This document shows, piece after piece, positions 59,114 through 64,000 of a DNA stretch of 64,000 bases (position 1 is its first letter; each line of letters begins with the position of its first letter). The stretch is from an uncultured cyanobacterium (lineage in GTDB: Bacteria > Cyanobacteriota > Cyanobacteriia > PCC-9006 > JAAUQQ01), in contig OY970368.1 in NCBI GenBank assembly GCA_963718615.1, positions 960,001 to 1,024,000 on the forward strand, in the 5' to 3' direction. The position numbers and the translations under genes are program-made. The notes beneath the pieces are model-generated. The model saw nothing but the letters and a program-made list of their open reading frames with translations. It made no database searches and was not told where the DNA came from.

Positions 59114-59914
59114 CTATTCCTGAACGTCGGTGGCAATCACAACCACGGTAATGTTGTCCCGTCCGCCGTTGTCCTTGGCGGAGGCGATCAGCTTGGTGGT
59201 AACTTTTTCGCAGGCTCGGGTGTTTTTCAAGAGTTCGGCGATTAGGTGATCCGACACCTCTTCGGTTAAGCCATCGCTACAGAGCAGGAGGCGATCGCCC
59301 GGCTGCAATTCCAATTTCTGAATGCTGATATCCGCCAAATCAGGACGCCCCAGACATTGGGACAGAACATGCCGCCAGGGATGGGTTTTCACCTGGTCGA
59401 GGCTAATCACCCCCAGCTTACTGGCTTTATTCACCCAGGTATGGTCTTCCGTAATCTGATCTAGCGTCGCCCCCCGCAATCGATAGAGGCGAGAATCTCC
59501 CACATGGGCACACCAGGGTTCGACCGTTTCCAAAGATAAGCCGTCCAGGGGAGCCGTTGCCGGATTATCGAGATCCTCGGGCGGCAGCGTGCGGTGCCGG
59601 AAAATGACCGTCACCACCGTGGTTCCCATATCCGACCGCTCAGGATGATCCTGTTGGTCTTGAATAATGACTTGGTTCGCCTCGGAAAGCGCCGCTTTAA
59701 GCAACTCGGGAGACGTCATCTTCTCTTCCCAAGCCTCCTCCAGAAAGCCCCGAATAGCTTCCGTGGCCAAGCGACTCGCTTCCTCGCCGCCGGCATGACC
59801 ACCCATGCCATCAGCCACGATAAAAAAGCGACCCTCGGGATCGATGTAATAGGCGTCCTGATTTGCCGAACGGACCAGCCCGGTATCAGTCGCTCCATCG
59901 AAATACAGCTTCAT
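59114..59914 (-). CDS. PP2C family Ser/Thr phosphatase (PphA-like)
   Basis: NQDA, VADGMGGH, VGDSR, CSDGL, GGRDNIT. Confidence 0.92.
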   Translation of the reverse strand: MKLYFDGATDTGLVRSANQDAYYIDPEGRFFIVADGMGGHAGGEEASRLATEAIRGFLEEAWEEKMTSPELLKAALSEANQVIIQDQQDHPERSDMGTTVVTVIFRHRTLPPEDLDNPATAPLDGLSLETVEPWCAHVGDSRLYRLRGATLDQITEDHTWVNKASKLGVISLDQVKTHPWRHVLSQCLGRPDLADISIQKLELQPGDRLLLCSDGLTEEVSDHLIAELLKNTRACEKVTTKLIASAKDNGGRDNITVVVIATDVQE

Positions 59915-59945
59915 CAGCCTGCGATCCTCTCTAGATTCCTGACGC

Positions 59946-61688
59946 TTACAGACGGTCTAGGCGGTTGAGACGCAACATCAACCGAATAAAGGCGATGCCA
60001 ATCCCAAGCGCCGCAATAAACAAGATCACGGCAAAGGGAAGCTTACCATAGACCAATAGAATTGATGCCGAAATTGTAAACGCCCCGAGTAATACGGCAT
60101 AGCTGGTCCCCATCTGAATACTACCCAAACGGCGGAGAAGGCGATCGCTTTCCGTCGACCGCACGCGCACGCGCACATCTCCCTGTTCCAGCTTGTCTAG
60201 GGTATCTTCAATCCGTCGCGGTAGCCCCAGGGCGGTGCTACTGACTTGCGCCGCTTGGCGACCGAGCTCATCGAAAAAGCCTGAATTGGAAGAACCGCCG
60301 TTGGTCATGATGTCGAGGGCAAAGGGTTTGGCTACCTCCATAAAGTTAAACTCGGGATCGAGCCCCTTGCCAACCCCTTCAAGGGTAGAAAAAGCCCGCA
60401 TCACAAATGTAAAGGTCGCAGGAAACCGAAAGGGCTGACCATAGGCAACCTCGTAGAGGTCATCGCTGATCGTTTCAATAGACTGCTCCTCAAAGGGCTT
60501 GTCCATGAAATGGTCGAGCATGTATTGAATGGAGCGACGGACCGGTCCCATATCCCCGGTGGGCACCAACGCCCCCAGCTCAATCAGGGAGTTCATGACC
60601 TGTCCGGCGTCTTTCTGGGCAATGCCAAAGAACGTTGACAGGAGCTTTTGACGCATATCTGAGCGAATCCGCCCCATCATGCCAAAGTCATAAAAAATTA
60701 ATGAGCCATCGGCACTCACGGCCAAATTGCCGGGATGGGGATCCGCATGAAACAGACCATAGTTTAAAATCTGCCGCAGGTAGGCCTCGGCTCCCATGCG
60801 GGCCAGCAGTTTGCGATCGAGTCCTGCGGCTTCGAGGGCCTGGTAGTGGCTAATCTTGATGCCGGGCATATATTCCAGCGTCAACACCCGAGGCGAGGAG
60901 TAGCGCCAGTAAACCCGAGGAACCTTGACCCAGGCCTGTTCTCGAAAATTGCGCCGGAACGAGTCAGCGTTGCGCCCTTCATTGAGATAATCGATTTCCT
61001 CCCAGAGGATTCGGCTACATTCTTCGTAGATTCCTAGCCAGTCCCGTCCTTGGCCCCAACGCGGATGACGCTGGAAGTAGCGCGCAATGCCCCGCAAAAT
61101 TTTGAGGTCAATCTCAAACAGCCGCCGCAATCCATAGCGCTGGATCTTGATGGCCACTTCCTCGCCGGAATGCAGTTGGGCTTTGTGGACTTGCCCGAGA
61201 CTGGCGGCGGCGATGGGCGTTGGCTCAATTTGCTGGAAGAGCACCGATACATCTTTGCCCAGATCCTGCCGGATAATCTGACAGGCCGACTCAAACGAAA
61301 AGGCCGGAACCCGATCCTGAAGCTTGGAGAGTTCCTCCACATATTCTACGGGAAACAGATCGGCCCGAGTGGAAAAGAGCTGACCGACTTTAATAAAAGT
61401 TGGCCCCAAATTCAGAAACGATTCCCGAATCCAAATCGCCAGTATCCGTCTACGGGCGGCCTTATTTTCCTCCGTGGGTCCATCTAAATAGGACCAGTCC
61501 TTGCCATCTCGCCACAGTCGAGCCGTGAGCAGCAGCACAAAGGACCAAATTTCGACAAAACGACGCTGGGACGAGTAGTTGCCTCGGTTCCAGCGATATT
61601 GGCTGCCATAGTCTCGCTCAGCCGAAGGGGCGATCGCCTTTGACGGGGGCAAAGATTTAAGATGGCGCTCAGACATTCCAGAACTCAT
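59946..61688 (-). CDS. ABC1/UbiB/AarF atypical kinase
   Basis: LGPTFIKVGQ, AAASLGQVH, HADPHPGN, YDFGM. Confidence 0.92.
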   Translation of the reverse strand: MSSGMSERHLKSLPPSKAIAPSAERDYGSQYRWNRGNYSSQRRFVEIWSFVLLLTARLWRDGKDWSYLDGPTEENKAARRRILAIWIRESFLNLGPTFIKVGQLFSTRADLFPVEYVEELSKLQDRVPAFSFESACQIIRQDLGKDVSVLFQQIEPTPIAAASLGQVHKAQLHSGEEVAIKIQRYGLRRLFEIDLKILRGIARYFQRHPRWGQGRDWLGIYEECSRILWEEIDYLNEGRNADSFRRNFREQAWVKVPRVYWRYSSPRVLTLEYMPGIKISHYQALEAAGLDRKLLARMGAEAYLRQILNYGLFHADPHPGNLAVSADGSLIFYDFGMMGRIRSDMRQKLLSTFFGIAQKDAGQVMNSLIELGALVPTGDMGPVRRSIQYMLDHFMDKPFEEQSIETISDDLYEVAYGQPFRFPATFTFVMRAFSTLEGVGKGLDPEFNFMEVAKPFALDIMTNGGSSNSGFFDELGRQAAQVSSTALGLPRRIEDTLDKLEQGDVRVRVRSTESDRLLRRLGSIQMGTSYAVLLGAFTISASILLVYGKLPFAVILFIAALGIGIAFIRLMLRLNRLDRL

Positions 61689-61771
61689 GCGAGACCTACA
61701 GGCACGCTATCACTCCCTAACTTGCATTTCCCGAACTTACAGCCGTGGCATCTATAGCCTCGATCATCTCC

Positions 61772-62086
61772 CTAGCGGTGCTGGTTGCGATATTCCTGAA
61801 GCTTGGAGCGCAGCAGTGCCACCTCAGCTCGCAGATCGTCAATCGTTTCCTGAAGATCGCCACTACTGGGCATTCCCCCCGGTGAGGTCGAGCCTCCCCG
61901 TTCGCTGCTCGCTTGCGCGGCTCGATTCAGCACCTGCTCTGAAAAGGTCCGCAGTTTTTCTCGCTGTTCCGCATCAAATTTACCCAGATCACTGAGGGCA
62001 TTGGATAATACAGCTTCGACCTGCTCATTCAGGCCCTCTGCCAGAGCGCGTCCAACAAAGAAGGCTTGTAGCACCGGATTCGTCAT
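61772..62086 (-). CDS. Conserved cyanobacterial coiled-coil protein
   Basis: AFFVGRALAE...DLQETIDDLRAEVA. Confidence 0.75.
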   Translation of the reverse strand: MTNPVLQAFFVGRALAEGLNEQVEAVLSNALSDLGKFDAEQREKLRTFSEQVLNRAAQASSERGGSTSPGGMPSSGDLQETIDDLRAEVALLRSKLQEYRNQHR

Positions 62087-62178
62087 GGTTTGCAGGCATC
62101 AGGAGGCGTAAAGGAATATAAAGAATTATAACCTGAGCCGCTTCGGCCTGTGGCGTCAAACCCTAGCTAAAACCATCC

Positions 62179-63750
62179 CTAAAACGATTCCGGCGTCGTT
62201 TCCAGCGGCAATCCCTCGTTGGGCAGCAGCGGCGGAGGCTCGGGAGCCTGTAGCTCTGGTTCCGGCAAGGACTCCAGCGGTTGCTCTACGGGGGACGGTT
62301 CAACAACGGTAGGTTCAGGTTCGGGGGCCGGTATGAACGCTTCGGGGACGGGGGCGGGTTCGGGAGCGATGGCTGCGGGTTCCTCCGGGGCCACAAACTC
62401 TCCAGGATCCGGCGATACAGAATCATGGGTAGAATCCTGCAAGATCTGCGGCTCAGGCTCACGCGGAACCGCTCGCAGGGGCGGCTCCGTCGCATCGTCG
62501 GGGATGACCTCTCGCAGGGCTCCCTCCTCCGGCAAGGCATTTTGCCAGCCTTCGAGCTGCTGTTCTGGCGGGGGTACGTCCTGGGGCAAGGTTTCTGCAC
62601 TGGAACTACCGGGCCAGCTTTCCTCTGGAAAACTCTGAGGACGACCCAGACCCGACAACCCTGCCACGGAAGCGGGGTTGGAGATGCGGAGAATGGTTCC
62701 CCCAAAGGCTCCGAGGGTTGCGGCAATGCAGCCAATGCCAATTAGGGTTTTCATGGGATTAAAATTGGGCGTCGGGAGAGTGGGACGGGAGACCCCTGAG
62801 GGGGAGGGCGATCGCGGTTTTACGGACTGGACCTGAACCGGCTCCTGAACCGGCTTGACCTGAACCGGCTGAGTCTGCACCGCTTGCGTCACCGTGATCG
62901 GCGTGGGTCGAGAGACAGGTTGAGAGACGGCTTGAGGAACAGCGGCTGGAGCCGGTGTCGCCACGGCCTCCGGCAACAAACTCAACCATGCACCCATGCT
63001 GGGAGGACGCACCTGGGGATCCGGCTCCATACCCTGCAAAATTGCCCGTTCCAGCACCGCACTTAAACGGGGCTGAATCTGACGGGGCATAATCAAGGCC
63101 GACTGCGCGCGCAACGCGGCATGGACCGGCGGCTGGCCCGTGACCAAGGCATAGAGGGTAGCCGCTAGGCCATAGACATCCAGTCCGGGATTAAAAGGAC
63201 CGCCGGGCTGAAATTGCTCGGGTGCAGCATAGCTGGAGGCACGGTTGGCCGGGAACAGCGAAGGTTGCAGGCCCCAATCTACTAAGACGGGACGGTTGAT
63301 GCCGGTGCGATAAATAATATTTTCTGGCTTGAGATCGCGATGAATAAGACCTTGGCCATGGATGCCGGTGAGGGCGATCGCCACCTGACGAATCACGGCG
63401 ATCGCCTGGGCTTCGGTCAAGGGCTTTTGATGCAGCCGTTGACTCAGGGGAATCCCAATAACTTCCTGCTGAACCAAAACCGGCAGTCCCTGGGTTTCAA
63501 AATAGTCCAGAATTCTGGCACGGTTGGGATGATGGAGCGAGGCGAGCCCTTGAACCACCCGCTGCATCCAAACCGCTTGAAACTGAATGCCCTGGGAGTT
63601 TTGCCGAGGCAGCTTCAAGATCACTGGTTGCCGGTCGCTCAAGCTATTGGCCCGCAGGGTCAGACTCCACTGTCCGCGACTGATCAGTTCACGGATGACG
63701 TAGCGATCGCCCAGGATCGTACTGGGTTGCAGAGAAAAGGGTTCAGCCAT
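62179..63750 (-). CDS. Membrane Ser/Thr protein kinase with Pro-rich tail
   Basis: HRDLKPEN, YAAPEQ, DVYGLAATLY, TM helix. Confidence 0.88.
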   Translation of the reverse strand: MAEPFSLQPSTILGDRYVIRELISRGQWSLTLRANSLSDRQPVILKLPRQNSQGIQFQAVWMQRVVQGLASLHHPNRARILDYFETQGLPVLVQQEVIGIPLSQRLHQKPLTEAQAIAVIRQVAIALTGIHGQGLIHRDLKPENIIYRTGINRPVLVDWGLQPSLFPANRASSYAAPEQFQPGGPFNPGLDVYGLAATLYALVTGQPPVHAALRAQSALIMPRQIQPRLSAVLERAILQGMEPDPQVRPPSMGAWLSLLPEAVATPAPAAVPQAVSQPVSRPTPITVTQAVQTQPVQVKPVQEPVQVQSVKPRSPSPSGVSRPTLPTPNFNPMKTLIGIGCIAATLGAFGGTILRISNPASVAGLSGLGRPQSFPEESWPGSSSAETLPQDVPPPEQQLEGWQNALPEEGALREVIPDDATEPPLRAVPREPEPQILQDSTHDSVSPDPGEFVAPEEPAAIAPEPAPVPEAFIPAPEPEPTVVEPSPVEQPLESLPEPELQAPEPPPLLPNEGLPLETTPESF

Positions 63751-63782
63751 GCGGGTTGCGTTCGGTTCAGTGGGTGGAGGGC

Positions 63783-64000
63783 TTAGGTCGTATATTCGGC
63801 ATTAATCTTGACATAGTCATAACTCAAGTCACAGCCCCAGGCGACCCCCTGTCCCAGACCGGCTCCGACCCCAACTTGGATAACGACGGGATGTTCTAGA
63901 TTCCTGGCTTCTAGGGCTGGACGGCGCTGGGCTTGGGTCGGTTCCGTTGTCGCATCCAATAGGGCATTGGCTGACTCGGAGCTGGCGATCGCCTCAGGTT
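63783..64000 (-). CDS. argJ: Glutamate N-acetyltransferase ArgJ, C-terminus (partial)
   Basis: Minus strand translates [23 protein letters not shown]. Confidence 0.9.
   Translation of the reverse strand, partial: PEAIASSESANALLDATTEPTQAQRRPALEARNLEHPVVIQVGVGAGLGQGVAWGCDLSYDYVKINAEYTT

Overview
Cyanobacterial chromosomal window (dense HIP1 GCGATCGC sites; chlG, two nblA, ctaCDE/ctaAB, pilA, GUN4 domain). A housekeeping backbone runs from the 3' end of dnaA to the 3' end of argJ and is interrupted by three accessory zones. (1) About 20.8-29.6 kb: a toxin-antitoxin 'graveyard' around the major pilin and a methyltransferase, with duplicated and decayed modules and REP-like palindromes. (2) About 35.8-44.2 kb: a detox/nutrient block (frmA, nblA, fghA, ArsP permease, thioredoxin-like, MerR, phoX). 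It includes a Tat-exported protein that looks like a domain-swapped, Cys-less sulfur oxygenase reductase relative under a MerR-type promoter. (3) About 45.9-55.5 kb: an AT-rich, HIP1-poor integron-type cassette array with no integrase in the window. It has three minus-strand cassettes whose ends carry complementary R boxes, and two attC sites are split at the core by antisense group IIC intron remnants. The middle cassette (about 5 kb of coding sequence) encodes a candidate undescribed conflict/defence system: a STAND-like NTPase, a second STAND-like NTPase with a degenerate Csx3/Crn3 ring-nuclease domain inserted into it plus TPRs, and a caspase-GUN4 protein. All family assignments are by-eye motif recognition; no searches were run.
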